Program-made: the position numbers and the translations under genes
Shown here: piece by piece, positions 40,001 to 48,571 of the stretch
Layout of the letters: each line of letters begins with the position of its first letter
Numbering within the stretch: the stretch's first letter is position 1
NCBI GenBank assembly: GCA_016788205.1
Contig: JAEUTA010000013.1
Span: 5,798-69,797 of the forward strand
Source of the DNA: Flavobacteriales bacterium
Lineage (GTDB): Bacteria > Bacteroidota > Bacteroidia > Flavobacteriales_F > PHOS-HE28
Reading direction: 5' to 3'
DNA length: 64,000 nt
Notes under the pieces: model-generated
Databases searched by the model: none
The model's input: only the letters and a program-made list of their open reading frames with translations
Told to the model about the DNA's origin: nothing

Positions 40001-40074
40001 AGCTGGATGGCAAGCTCCAAGTGAAGGCTGGTCAAGGGGTCGCCTATTTGCTTACTTTTGAACGTTACAGATAG
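37057..40074 (+). CDS. Cytoplasmic multi-PAS sensor histidine kinase of the HisKA_2 type (HWE/HisKA_2 family) with a C-terminal HATPase domain.
   Basis: No transmembrane segment. At least five PAS/PAC-like modules. The H-box EVHHRVKNNLQVISSILSLQ is characteristic of HisKA_2. C-terminal N/G1/G2 ATPase motifs (LNELISNAFKHAF, DDGVGLPEG, GLGLELV). Confidence 0.8.
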   Translation: MVRKEAPDNGLKEQDVAKAYADLKRQYDQLVSRNLAGVYRTTMDGRFIECNDALARLLGYRDREELMELQATVAYPSQAERDRFLQALLRDKQLINFELTLKHRNGRAVEVLENVFLDETDDGEQTIQGTLIDVTGIRQAEIEQATLTSSYRSLVEHMRDGILVVKERRIQYANPAAQQLASEPLIGQEVDQLFLAEDRAAVLQLMEQGGSVADGQPVVVRLAKDRSRELGLFATQALFEGTAAVQLTLQDEQERQHLLRERLRVQMAEEVNQVLRQEIDEHRRTQDALRRSRRFARSLVDSSLDMIMAADPQGLVSEYNPAAQIRFGYEPHEVMGTGTQKLYADPTEFARIQNELNTYGAFTGEIKNVTKDGEVFTSFLAASRMFDEDGQFLGAMGVSRDITRMKKDQEALRASEERYRDLFENATDMIQSVDPSGRFEYVNKAWKNALGYADAEINELTLEEVLHPGHLAAYRERHSRVMAGEEVERISTIFIGKQGQEVHVEGTTNLRSVDGRPVATRSIFTDMTNVDAARAKVQQHEAKLRALFESSEHMFWTVDPQIKLTSYNRGYGDMIERLHGKRPEINTDPARPRALFAPAEYHAFWEKKYAEAFSGKPMRFETDRIDQNGERVCNEIFLSPVFAPDGNVMEVFGVGHEITEQKVAEDLVRQQAARIKAIFENAANVMIWTLDKDYRITSFNEHFQRTTERRIGIHFERGDDFIGSMRERVANGAAEPAIAQFKAARKGAPQQFEIELRGDDGRSIWVECFLNPIAGAGGVQEISCMAYGITDRKEAEIKLRQSLNEKEVLLKEVHHRVKNNLQVISSILSLQTAHVDNDARILELLRVSRDRIRSMSFIHESLYQNKDFSSIDMATYIDGLSRNLVMSYSLNGKVALERNLERAELVLDQAIPCGLILNELISNAFKHAFPDGRAGVVNIGLRLENERVSISVADDGVGLPEGFNTKNDGNLGLELVRTLVDQLDGKLQVKAGQGVAYLLTFERYR

Positions 40075-40077
40075 ACC

Positions 40078-40836
40078 ATGGCCCAAACGAATGTCCTCGT
40101 TGTTGAGGACGAGAGCATCGTAAGCAAGGACATCCAACACAGCCTGAAGAAACTAGGCTACAACGTGGTGGGTGCGGCGAACAACGGCGAAACAGCCGTG
40201 AGCCTGGCCTTGGAGCATATGCCGGACATCATCCTGATGGACATCATGCTGAAGGGCGAGATGAACGGGATCGAAGCGGCCGATGCCATTCGCAAGGAGA
40301 CCAACATCCCGGTGATCTTCCTTACGGCCTATGCCGATGAGAGCACGCTCGCCAAGGCCAAGGTGACCCAGCCATACGGCTACATCATCAAGCCGTTCAA
40401 GGAGATCGACATCCATACGTCGATCGAGATGGCGCTGTACAAGCACAAGAAGGAGACCGAGGTGTTGAAGGAGCGCGACCTGCTCTACAGCCTCGTGGAA
40501 AACAAGGATGCGGGCGGACGCGACATTATGTTCGTGAAGAGCAACAGCCGCCTGGTGAAGCTCAAGACCGGCGACATCTACTTCATCGAAGCGCTGAAGG
40601 ATTACGTGGTGATCAACACGCTTAACACGCGCTACACCGTGCACAGCACCATGAAGGACATCGAGGCGAAACTGCCCGAGGCCGACTTCATCCGCGTGCA
40701 CCGCAGCTTTATTGTTCGTCTGGACAAGATCGTGGCCATAGAGCAGCCCAACCTGATCCTGGAGAACGACAAGAAGGTGATCCCGATCGGCGGCAGCTAC
40801 AAGGACGACTTGGCGAAGCGTCTGAACCTCGTCTAG
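40078..40836 (+). CDS. LytTR-family two-component response regulator (REC + LytTR DNA-binding domain).
   Basis: The receiver domain has a conserved Asp (DIILMDIMLKGEMNG). The C-terminal LytTR block carries VHRSFIV. It begins 3 nt after the kinase gene. Confidence 0.85.
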   Translation: MAQTNVLVVEDESIVSKDIQHSLKKLGYNVVGAANNGETAVSLALEHMPDIILMDIMLKGEMNGIEAADAIRKETNIPVIFLTAYADESTLAKAKVTQPYGYIIKPFKEIDIHTSIEMALYKHKKETEVLKERDLLYSLVENKDAGGRDIMFVKSNSRLVKLKTGDIYFIEALKDYVVINTLNTRYTVHSTMKDIEAKLPEADFIRVHRSFIVRLDKIVAIEQPNLILENDKKVIPIGGSYKDDLAKRLNLV

Positions 40837-40848
40837 CGTCTGCCGGGC

Positions 40849-41193
40849 ATGGAGGTGGTCACACTTTACAGACCACTTGGGCAGAACGAACTGGCCTTGA
40901 TAGAAGCGTCTGGTTGGAAGCGATTTCCTCCTAGGCTAGCTGAGCAACCGATCTTCTATCCCGTCATGAACCTCGCGTATGCACGGCAGATCACGCGAGA
41001 ATGGAACGTCCCCGCGAAAGGGATCGGTCACGTGGTCAAGTTCGACGTGGATGCATCTTTTCTGAGCCGCTACACCGTGCAGAACGTTGGCGGAAAAATC
41101 CATGATGAGCTTTGGGTACCGGCCGAAGAGCTCGAGGTGTTCAATGATCACATCATCGGAGGGATCGAACTGATCGAGACCTACCGAGCCTGA
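40849..41193 (+). CDS. Hypothetical conserved-looking protein, 114 aa, function unknown.
   Basis: ORF 12 nt after the response regulator gene. No motif recognised. It has a balanced composition, unlike an antisense artefact. Confidence 0.4.
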   Translation: MEVVTLYRPLGQNELALIEASGWKRFPPRLAEQPIFYPVMNLAYARQITREWNVPAKGIGHVVKFDVDASFLSRYTVQNVGGKIHDELWVPAEELEVFNDHIIGGIELIETYRA

Positions 41194-41200
41194 TCCTCTT

Positions 41201-43465
41201 CTAACGCCGGTTCTTCCCCTTCTTGGACTTGGGTGCCTGCTTGGGCTTCTTCCCCTTGCTACTGGCCTTGCGCGGTGCGATGGAGCGCCGCTCGAACTTG
41301 CCCGATGTGGTGACCGCAGGAGCCGCTTCACCAGCCAGGCCGAAGTCCACCACGCGCCGGTCCATGTCCACGGCCTTGATCATCACCTCCAGCTCATCGC
41401 CTAGGCGGAATTTGCGACCGGTGCGTTGGCCCACGACCATGTAGCGTTCCTTTTCGAACTTGAAGATATCGCCGGGGATGTCGCGCAGCCCGATGAGGCC
41501 CTCGCACTTGTTCTCCTTCAGCTCCACGTAAACGCCCCATGTGGTAAGGCCGCTGATGATTCCGGTGAAGGTCTGGCCGATGCGCGCAAGCAGGTATTCG
41601 GCCTGTTTGTACTTGATGCTCGCCCGTTCCGCATCGCTGGCCTGTTTCTCCATGCGTGAGCTGTGGCTGCAGCTCAGTTCCAGCTCTCCGCGGTCCAGGG
41701 GTCCACCGCCGGCGAGGTAATGCGCCATGGCCCGGTGTACGAGCAGGTCGGGGTAGCGGCGGATGGGGGAGGTGAAGTGCGTGTAATGCTCGAAGGCCAG
41801 GCCGTAGTGCCCGATGTTCTCCGTGCTGTAGATCGCCTTCGCCATGCTGCGGATCGCGACCTGCTTGATGATGTTCTCCTCCTCGGTGCCCTTCACATCC
41901 TTCAACAGATCGTTGATGGCGTGCGGCAATTCAGCGGCATCGGCGTGACGCAGGGTGTAGCCGAAGCTCTTCGCCAGCGTGCGTAGCTGATCGATCTTCT
42001 CGGGATCAGGCACATCGTGGATCCTGTAAACGAACGGCTTTGCTCCGCGCTGGTGTTGGCCCTCTTTGCCCGGTGGACGTTTGTTCACCCAAGTGGCCAC
42101 GCGTTTGTTGGCCAGCAGCATGAATTCCTCGATCAGCCAGTTCGCGGACCCCATCACCTTCTCATACACACCGAGAGGCTTGCCATCTGCATCCAGCTTG
42201 AACTTCACCTCGTTGCCGCCAATCTCCAATGCGCCGTTAGCGATGCGCTCCTTGCGCAACACCTGGGCGAGGCGGTGCAACAACAGCACCTCGTCCTGGA
42301 ACGCACCCTCACCCTTGCCGTCGATGATGGCTTGTGCTTCCGCATACGCGAACCGGCGGCGTGAACGCATCACCGTGCGGCCGAACCACTCGCCCTTGAT
42401 CCGGGCCTGAGCATCCAACTCGAAAATGGCGCTGAAGCTGAGCTTATCGGTATCCGCGTGCAGGGAACACAGGTCGTTGCTAAGCTTCTCAGGCAGCATG
42501 GGCACCACGCGATCCACCAGATACACGCTCGTCGCACGGCTCGCGGCCTCCATGTCGAGCACGCTTCCGGGCCTCACATAATGGCTCACGTCGGCGATGT
42601 GCACACCGATCTCCCAGTTCCCGTTCTCCAACTTGCGAACGCTCAGCGCGTCGTCCAGGTCCTTCGCATCGTCGGGGTCGATCGTGATCGTGGGGACATC
42701 GCGCATATCCCGGCGAAGAGCGATCTCCTCGTTCGTAGCTCCGCTGCGGATCTCTTCGGAAGCCTTTAACACGCTCTCGGGGAACTCCAGCGGCAGGCCG
42801 AATTCCGCGAGGATGGCGTGCATCTCCACGTTGTGCACACCCGCCTTGCCAAGTATGCGAAGCACCCTGCCACGGGGCTCATCCCGGGCATCCTTCCACT
42901 CGCCCAGTTCGATGATGGCCTTATCACCCTCGGTGGCTCCGTTCACTTCGGCGGCGGGGATAACGAAGGGGCGCTGCATGCGCTGGTCGTCGGCCACCAG
43001 GATCATCCGGCCTTGGTGTTTGTGGACCGTGCCAACGAACTCCAGGCGCCTACGTTTCAGCACCTTAACCACCTTGCCCTCCAAGCGCGAACCACGTCCT
43101 CCGACCAATTTGATAGCCACCGTGTCCCCATGCAGGGCGGTGCCGATATCGCGTTGTTGCACATAAACATCCTCCTCGCCACCCCCAAGGCGCACATATC
43201 CCGCCCCGCTGGTGATGATGTCGATGGTGCCCTCGGCGGAATCTTTACCGCCCGTCACGGTGTAGCGCCCTTTCTTGCCGGTCTCGATGCTGCCATCATC
43301 CAAGAGGGCATCGATCGCATCAAAAACCCGGTAACGCTGACTCTTATCCCTGATACCCAGCTGCAAAGCGAGCTGCTGGCTGGTGATGCCCGCATGGCCG
43401 GAAGACCGGATGGCGGCGAGGACTTGTTGAATGAACGGGTCGGCGGAGGAAGGATTTCGGCTCAA
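41201..43465 (-). CDS. rnr: Ribonuclease R (RNB-family 3'-5' exoribonuclease with an S1 domain and a basic C-terminal tail).
   Basis: RNB catalytic blocks (..DLDDALSVRKLENGNWEIGVHIADVSHYV.., ..YTHFTSPIRRYPDLLVHR..). The S1 domain and K/R-rich tail KKPKQAPKSKKGKNRR. Confidence 0.85.
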   Translation of the reverse strand: MSRNPSSADPFIQQVLAAIRSSGHAGITSQQLALQLGIRDKSQRYRVFDAIDALLDDGSIETGKKGRYTVTGGKDSAEGTIDIITSGAGYVRLGGGEEDVYVQQRDIGTALHGDTVAIKLVGGRGSRLEGKVVKVLKRRRLEFVGTVHKHQGRMILVADDQRMQRPFVIPAAEVNGATEGDKAIIELGEWKDARDEPRGRVLRILGKAGVHNVEMHAILAEFGLPLEFPESVLKASEEIRSGATNEEIALRRDMRDVPTITIDPDDAKDLDDALSVRKLENGNWEIGVHIADVSHYVRPGSVLDMEAASRATSVYLVDRVVPMLPEKLSNDLCSLHADTDKLSFSAIFELDAQARIKGEWFGRTVMRSRRRFAYAEAQAIIDGKGEGAFQDEVLLLHRLAQVLRKERIANGALEIGGNEVKFKLDADGKPLGVYEKVMGSANWLIEEFMLLANKRVATWVNKRPPGKEGQHQRGAKPFVYRIHDVPDPEKIDQLRTLAKSFGYTLRHADAAELPHAINDLLKDVKGTEEENIIKQVAIRSMAKAIYSTENIGHYGLAFEHYTHFTSPIRRYPDLLVHRAMAHYLAGGGPLDRGELELSCSHSSRMEKQASDAERASIKYKQAEYLLARIGQTFTGIISGLTTWGVYVELKENKCEGLIGLRDIPGDIFKFEKERYMVVGQRTGRKFRLGDELEVMIKAVDMDRRVVDFGLAGEAAPAVTTSGKFERRSIAPRKASSKGKKPKQAPKSKKGKNRR

Positions 43466-43627
43466 GGCAGGGTCTGGGGTCGGGCATGGGCCGACGGTCT
43501 AAAGGTAGACGCCGAGGTTGTTAGCATCCCGTTGATCCTCATGTGGAAAAGAGGTCACGAACAGGTGTTGATAACCTCCCGAAGATCACTACATTTGCAG
43601 CCCTTTTCGGGAGTTGCCCTTCGACCC

Positions 43628-44575
43628 ATGCAGGAAAGCGCCAAGATCTTCAGCGGTACCGCCACCCGGTATCTGGCCGAAAAGATCGCCGCCAGTAATG
43701 GCGAGCGCTTGGGTGAGGTCACGGTCAGCCGTTTCAGCGATGGCGAGTTCCAGCCCAGTTTCGAAGAGACCGTGCGCGGAGAGCTTGTCTTCATCGTGCA
43801 GAGCACCTTCCCGCCCAGCGACAACCTGTTCGAGTTGTTGTTGATGGTTGATGCCGCGAAACGTGCCAGTGCGAAACGCATCGTAGCGGTGCTGCCCTAT
43901 TTCGGTTTCGCCCGTCAGGACCGCAAGGACAAGCCGCGTGTTTCCATCGGCGCCAAGCTGGTGGCCAACATGCTCACGGCTGCCGGTGTGGACCGGATCA
44001 TGACCATGGACCTCCATGCCGATCAGATCCAAGGATTCTTCGAAGTTCCGGTGGACCACTTGTTCGCCAGCAGCATCTTTCTTCCCTACATCAAGGAATT
44101 GGCTTTGCCGGACTTGATCATGGCAGCCCCGGATACCGGCGGAACGAAACGCGCGAACGCTTACGCGAAGCACCTCGGTTGCGACATGGCCATCTGCTAC
44201 AAGCAGCGCAAAGTGGCCAACCAGATCGAGAGCATGACGGTGATCGGCGACATCAAAGGCAAGAACGTGGTGCTGGTGGACGACATGTGCGACACCGCAG
44301 GCACGCTTACCAAAGCTGCCGACATGATGATGCAGCAGGGAGCGACCAGCGTACGCGCGGTCTGCACGCATGCTGTGCTGAGCGGCGATGCGTACGACCG
44401 AATCGAACGCAGCGCCCTCGCCGAGCTCATCGTTACCGACACCATTCCGCTGAACGCCGAGAAGGCCAAGGCGACCAAGAAGATCAAACAGCTCACCGTG
44501 GCAGGCCTTTTCGGCGACGTGATCAAGCGCGTACAGAGCCACGAGAGCATCAGCAGTCATTTCATCGTAGCATAA
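43628..44575 (+). CDS. prs: Ribose-phosphate pyrophosphokinase.
   Basis: PRPP synthetase blocks SRFSDGE, DLHADQIQGFF and VLVDDMCDTAGT. The start was trimmed to MQESAKIFSG; the track ORF 42818 is a long antisense-overlapping extension. Confidence 0.9.
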   Translation: MQESAKIFSGTATRYLAEKIAASNGERLGEVTVSRFSDGEFQPSFEETVRGELVFIVQSTFPPSDNLFELLLMVDAAKRASAKRIVAVLPYFGFARQDRKDKPRVSIGAKLVANMLTAAGVDRIMTMDLHADQIQGFFEVPVDHLFASSIFLPYIKELALPDLIMAAPDTGGTKRANAYAKHLGCDMAICYKQRKVANQIESMTVIGDIKGKNVVLVDDMCDTAGTLTKAADMMMQQGATSVRAVCTHAVLSGDAYDRIERSALAELIVTDTIPLNAEKAKATKKIKQLTVAGLFGDVIKRVQSHESISSHFIVA

Positions 44576-44586
44576 CAACACCGGCC

Positions 44587-45255
44587 ATGAACAAGATCGC
44601 CCTCACCGGAACCCCCCGCACCAACCTCGGCACCAAGTACGCCGCCCAATTGCGCCGCACGAAGCAAGTGCCTTGCGTGCTCTACGGCGGCGAGAACACC
44701 GTCCACTTCAGCGTGGATGAAGCGGCCCTGAACAAGACCGCTTTCACCGCCGAAATGAACGGCGTGGAGATCGACCTCAATGGGACGAAGACCCTGGCCC
44801 TCGTGAAAGCGAAGCAGTTCCACCCGGTAACGGACCGTGTGTTGCATGTGGATTTCGTAGAGTTGAACGAGAACAAGGAGACGACCGCATTCCTGAGCAT
44901 CCGCCTGAAGGGCCAGCCCATCGGTGTGCGTAAAGGCGGTAACCTGAGTCAGAACATGCGCAAAATGCGCGTGAAGGGTCTGCCCACCAAGTTCCCCAGC
45001 CACCTGGAAGTGGACATCGCCGAACTGGACATCAACAAGAGCATCCACGTGAGCGACTTGAAGTTCGATGGTCTCACCTTGATGGAGCGCGAAGATGACG
45101 TTGTGGTCGCCGTGAAATTGGCTAAAAAGCAGGAAGAAGCTGCCGCTACCCCGGCTGCTGGTGCTGCTGCTCCTGCCGCTGCGAAAGCAGGCGACGCGAA
45201 GGCTGCCGCTGGTGCGAAACCGGCCGCTGCTGCCAAGCCTGCCGCGAAGAAGTAA
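44587..45255 (+). CDS. rplY: 50S ribosomal protein L25 / general stress protein Ctc, with an Ala/Lys-rich C-terminal tail.
   Basis: N-terminus MNKIALTGTPRTNLGTKYAAQLRR, typical of L25/Ctc. It sits in the conserved prs-rplY-pth order. The start was trimmed from track ORF 44179. Confidence 0.85.
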   Translation: MNKIALTGTPRTNLGTKYAAQLRRTKQVPCVLYGGENTVHFSVDEAALNKTAFTAEMNGVEIDLNGTKTLALVKAKQFHPVTDRVLHVDFVELNENKETTAFLSIRLKGQPIGVRKGGNLSQNMRKMRVKGLPTKFPSHLEVDIAELDINKSIHVSDLKFDGLTLMEREDDVVVAVKLAKKQEEAAATPAAGAAAPAAAKAGDAKAAAGAKPAAAAKPAAKK

Positions 45256-45288
45256 GCCTCGACAGGCTCAGCCTGACAATGCACGCAT

Positions 45289-45323
45289 CGAGGCCTCCGC
45301 ACATCGCGGGGGCCTCGTTCTTT
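45289..45323 (+). terminator. Intrinsic terminator or attenuator hairpin between rplY and pth.
   Basis: CGAGGCCTCCGC-acat-c-GCGGGGGCCTCG is a 12-bp stem with one G-T pair, followed by TTCTTT. Confidence 0.4.
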
Positions 45324-45333
45324 CGCAACAGAT

Positions 45334-45897
45334 ATGAAGTACCTGATCGTTGGTTTGGGGAATCCCGGGCCGGAGTATGCCGATACGCGGCACAACATCG
45401 GCTTCCAAGTCTTGGAACACCTGGCCGGCTTGGCGGAAGTGCGCTTCTCGGCTGACCGGTATGGAGACCGCACCGAAATGCGACACAAGGGGCGGACGTT
45501 CATCCTGATCAAACCAAGCACCTTCATGAACCTGAGCGGAAAAGCGGTGCGCTACTGGATGGATCAGGAGAACATCCCGGCAGACCGTGTGCTGGTGATC
45601 ACCGATGATCTCGCGCTGCCTTTCGGGACCATCCGCATCAAACCCAGTGGTGGGGCGGGGGGCCACAACGGCCTTACCAGCATCATCCAGATTTTGGGAA
45701 CCGAAGTGTTCCCTCGCTTGCGCTTCGGCATCGGCAGTGACTTCGCTCGCGGCCGACAAAGCGAATATGTACTGGGTGTTTGGAATGAGACCGAACGCAA
45801 GACCCTTGCCGATCGGATCGAGGTCGCTGCGAAAGCCGTGTTCCAGTTCGGTCTGCTCGGTGTGGAACAAGCCATGAACAGCTTCAACAAACGCTGA
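45334..45897 (+). CDS. pth: Peptidyl-tRNA hydrolase.
   Basis: N-terminus MKYLIVGLGNPGPEYADTRHNIGF and the HNG block (GGHNGLTSI). Confidence 0.9.
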   Translation: MKYLIVGLGNPGPEYADTRHNIGFQVLEHLAGLAEVRFSADRYGDRTEMRHKGRTFILIKPSTFMNLSGKAVRYWMDQENIPADRVLVITDDLALPFGTIRIKPSGGAGGHNGLTSIIQILGTEVFPRLRFGIGSDFARGRQSEYVLGVWNETERKTLADRIEVAAKAVFQFGLLGVEQAMNSFNKR

Positions 45898-45969
45898 GCA
45901 TCACCGCCGGGAGGGGTTGTTACCTTTGGCATCGAACCACGCAACACCGCGCCATATCGGCGATCAACC

Positions 45970-46494
45970 ATGCTGAGCAAAAAGATCGAAGCAGCCCTGA
46001 ACGGACAGGTCGCCATTGAAGCGGCCAGCAGCCAAGCCTACCTCGCCATGGCCTCCTGGGCCGAGAACCAAGGTCTCAGCGGCACAGCGGCCTTTCTCTA
46101 CAAGCACAGCGACGAGGAACGCATGCACATGCTGAAACTCGTGAAGTTCATCAACGAACGCGGCGGAAAAGCAGTGATCCCCGCACTGAAGCAACCCGGC
46201 ACCAACTTCAAAGGCATCACCGACATCTTCCAAGCGCTGCTCTTCCACGAAACGAAGGTGACGCAGGAGATCAATGGCGTGGTGGACACCTGCTTGAAGG
46301 AGAAGGACTACACCACGCACAACTTCATGCAATGGTATGTGGGCGAACAGATCGAAGAGGAGGCGTTGGCGCGTACGCTGATCGATAAGCTCAACCTGAT
46401 CGGTAACGACAAGGGAGGTCTTTACCTGTTCGACCGCGACCTGCAGGGGATGAGCGCTGCTACCGGTGGGGGCGGGTACAAGAAGGAAGCTTGA
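45970..46494 (+). CDS. ftnA: Non-haem ferritin.
   Basis: Ferritin-like diiron residues in EAASSQAYLAMASW..., EERMHMLKLVKFINERGG and ..HETKVTQEIN... 174 aa. Confidence 0.8.
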   Translation: MLSKKIEAALNGQVAIEAASSQAYLAMASWAENQGLSGTAAFLYKHSDEERMHMLKLVKFINERGGKAVIPALKQPGTNFKGITDIFQALLFHETKVTQEINGVVDTCLKEKDYTTHNFMQWYVGEQIEEEALARTLIDKLNLIGNDKGGLYLFDRDLQGMSAATGGGGYKKEA

Positions 46495-46495
46495 T

Positions 46496-47947
46496 CTACT
46501 CCCACGGCCAGTCGCCGCCGATCCGAAGTGGGCCTTCCAAGCCCGCTGATATCAAGCGATCTTTCAGTTCCGTCTGGGAGAAATGTCCTGGCAGCTTCGC
46601 TGCACCCGCCAACTCGTAAAGAAGAGCACCGACGAAACGCACATTGTTCGTCATGGCACCGGGCTTTACGAGATGAATGTCATCGCAACTGCTGTGGTAG
46701 CATCCGTACACGTGTTTGCCCAAGTCGCTGAGGGGATAGATCACCGGTACGCCCTTCATCAGGAAGGGCTGGTGGTCGCTATGTAACCAGAGCTCCTCAC
46801 TACAGCGGCCATCGAATGCAGCTGAGTCGATGCGCGCGATGCGTTCACAGGCATCAGCGATCATCGGCCTCCAGCCCGCCGGCCCACCAACGCCAAACCC
46901 CTGTGGGTTCCCGCTCATATCCAAGTTGATCATGCACTTGACCTGCTCCAATGCGCCACTCTGAGCGTAGTGTGCCGAGAGCGCACGCGAGCCGAGCAGC
47001 CCCTGTTCTTCGCCCATGAACAGCACGAAACGAATGGTGCGCTCAGGCCGGAAGGGCATGCTCTTCATCAAACGGGCCAGGTCGAGGATGGAGAAGGAGC
47101 CCAGACCATTGTCCGTCGCGCCGGTGGCGAGGTCCCAACTATCCAAGTGTCCGCCAACCAGGATCACTTCTTCCGGGAACCTAGAGCCCTTCAGCTCGGC
47201 AATGATGTTGAGCGCCGTGATGAGTGAACTCGTGTTGCGCATTTCGAGTCGTGCCGTCAGGGGTTCCCCGGCGGCTAAGCGCTCTCGCAAACTGGAACCA
47301 TCTTCCGTGGCCAGACAGGCTGCGGGGATCGGTATCAAGGCTCCATCTATGGAAGCGGTACCGGTCAAGAGGATCCCGCCGGCCACCTGATTCACGAACA
47401 GTATGGAAGCGGCCCCTGCTTTCATCGCCAATGCGGCCTTTTCGCTGCGGTGCAGGTTCTTGGCACCCTCAACGGCCGCCACCAAACCGATGTTCACCAG
47501 CAACGCCGCGCCCTGTGCTTTCTCGCCCAAGCGTGCAAGGTCCTCTGGAAGCCCATTGCCAGCATCGACGATCCGCGCCTGCACGGAGCACTCCAATGGT
47601 GTGTTGGCCAAGGCGACACAAGCAAGATGCGAAAAGCCCTTACCGTCACCCACCGTGAGCTTGGCGGTTCCTCGTGCCCAAGCATAGGCTTGGAATGCGT
47701 GAGCGTACACCGTGTCCATGCCACTAAGCCGGAAAAGGCTGTCGGCCAGCGATTGTGCCCTGACGCCTTGCGGGCTTCCCGTCAGCCGGTGTCCGATGTT
47801 AGCGGAGCTCCAGGCGAGCCATTCATAGCCCTGCTCGCTAACCGCGGCAGCGGCATCGAAGGCGCGGGCACGTGGGCTTTGGCCCTGCACGTCAACAAAT
47901 TGATGTTGACAGATGCAAAGAACGAACGCCCAGCGTAGCATTCGCAT
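46496..47947 (-). CDS. M28-family peptidase, secreted (second M28 paralogue in the window).
   Basis: Block LVGGHLDSWDLATGATDNGLGSFSILDLARLM (Zn ligands). Signal-like N-terminus after the internal Met(s); the start is ambiguous between 47941 and 47947. Confidence 0.7.
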   Translation of the reverse strand: MRMLRWAFVLCICQHQFVDVQGQSPRARAFDAAAAVSEQGYEWLAWSSANIGHRLTGSPQGVRAQSLADSLFRLSGMDTVYAHAFQAYAWARGTAKLTVGDGKGFSHLACVALANTPLECSVQARIVDAGNGLPEDLARLGEKAQGAALLVNIGLVAAVEGAKNLHRSEKAALAMKAGAASILFVNQVAGGILLTGTASIDGALIPIPAACLATEDGSSLRERLAAGEPLTARLEMRNTSSLITALNIIAELKGSRFPEEVILVGGHLDSWDLATGATDNGLGSFSILDLARLMKSMPFRPERTIRFVLFMGEEQGLLGSRALSAHYAQSGALEQVKCMINLDMSGNPQGFGVGGPAGWRPMIADACERIARIDSAAFDGRCSEELWLHSDHQPFLMKGVPVIYPLSDLGKHVYGCYHSSCDDIHLVKPGAMTNNVRFVGALLYELAGAAKLPGHFSQTELKDRLISAGLEGPLRIGGDWPWE

Positions 47948-48041
47948 CCGCCTACTTTGCTCCGTGTTCGTGAGATCCGACAAGGGAAGGGTGTGGTGGG
48001 GCGCTAAAACTACGCCCCGAACGGAGACCGTTCTGCGGATC

Positions 48042-48569
48042 GTCCGCATCCTGCTCATCACCCCGTGCTTCATGTTCGCCGCTGTTCCTCAGCAGCCGCG
48101 CGAGGCGGACAAGGACACTACGGCGATGCTGCAAGCGAACTACCTGTACAACATCGCCAAGTTGGTGGAGTGGAAGGATGCAGGCATGCGCAGCGGCAAC
48201 TTCGTCATCGGCATCATCGGTGGTGGAAACCTCTATCAGGAATTGATCAAGCAATATTCCACCCGCACCATCGGGAAGCAGCCTATCGAGGTGCGCAAAC
48301 TGCCGAAGTCCGCGGATGTGGAGCGCTGCCACATGTTGTTCGTAGGCCGCAGTGACCTGGCCCTTTTGCCGGAGATCTACAAGAAGCTGCAAGGCCAGCC
48401 CACCATGGTGGTTTCTGAATACAACGGAGCGCTGGATGATGGTGCCGTGGTGAACTTCGTGAAGGTGGAGAACTTGTTGAAGTATGAGATGAGCCTGGCC
48501 AACGCTCAAAAGCACGGCTTGGTCATGGGATTGACGCTGAAGAACCTTGCGCATCGCGTGGAAGAATAA
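48042..48569 (+). CDS. DUF4154 (YfiR-like) periplasmic protein.
   Basis: Mature N-terminal motif AMLQANYLYNIAKLVEWKD matches the DUF4154 signature (Y-L-Y-N-F-A-K-F/Y-x-E-W). GIIGGGNLYQELI..ERCHMLFVGRSD are further family blocks. The start is uncertain: GTG at 48042 gives a signal peptide, with an alternative ATG at 48072. Confidence 0.6.
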   Translation, partial: VRILLITPCFMFAAVPQQPREADKDTTAMLQANYLYNIAKLVEWKDAGMRSGNFVIGIIGGGNLYQELIKQYSTRTIGKQPIEVRKLPKSADVERCHMLFVGRSDLALLPEIYKKLQGQPTMVVSEYNGALDDGAVVNFVKVENLLKYEMSLANAQKHGLVMGLTLKNLAHRVEE

Positions 48570-48571
48570 GC

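Noticed and set aside
38434-40140. Two long minus-strand ORFs (291 and 272 aa) inside the PAS histidine kinase gene
   Set aside because: Antisense to a gene with unambiguous H-box and ATPase motifs.
42818-43627. 270-codon N-terminal extension of prs in the ORF track
   Set aside because: The extension is antisense to rnr and has no homology. Prs clearly starts at MQESAKIFSG (43628).
44179-44586. 136-codon N-terminal extension of rplY in the ORF track
   Set aside because: It overlaps the prs coding sequence out of frame. L25/Ctc begins at MNKIALTG.
47952-48554. 200-aa minus-strand ORF inside the DUF4154 gene
   Set aside because: Antisense to a gene carrying the DUF4154 signature. Shadow ORF.
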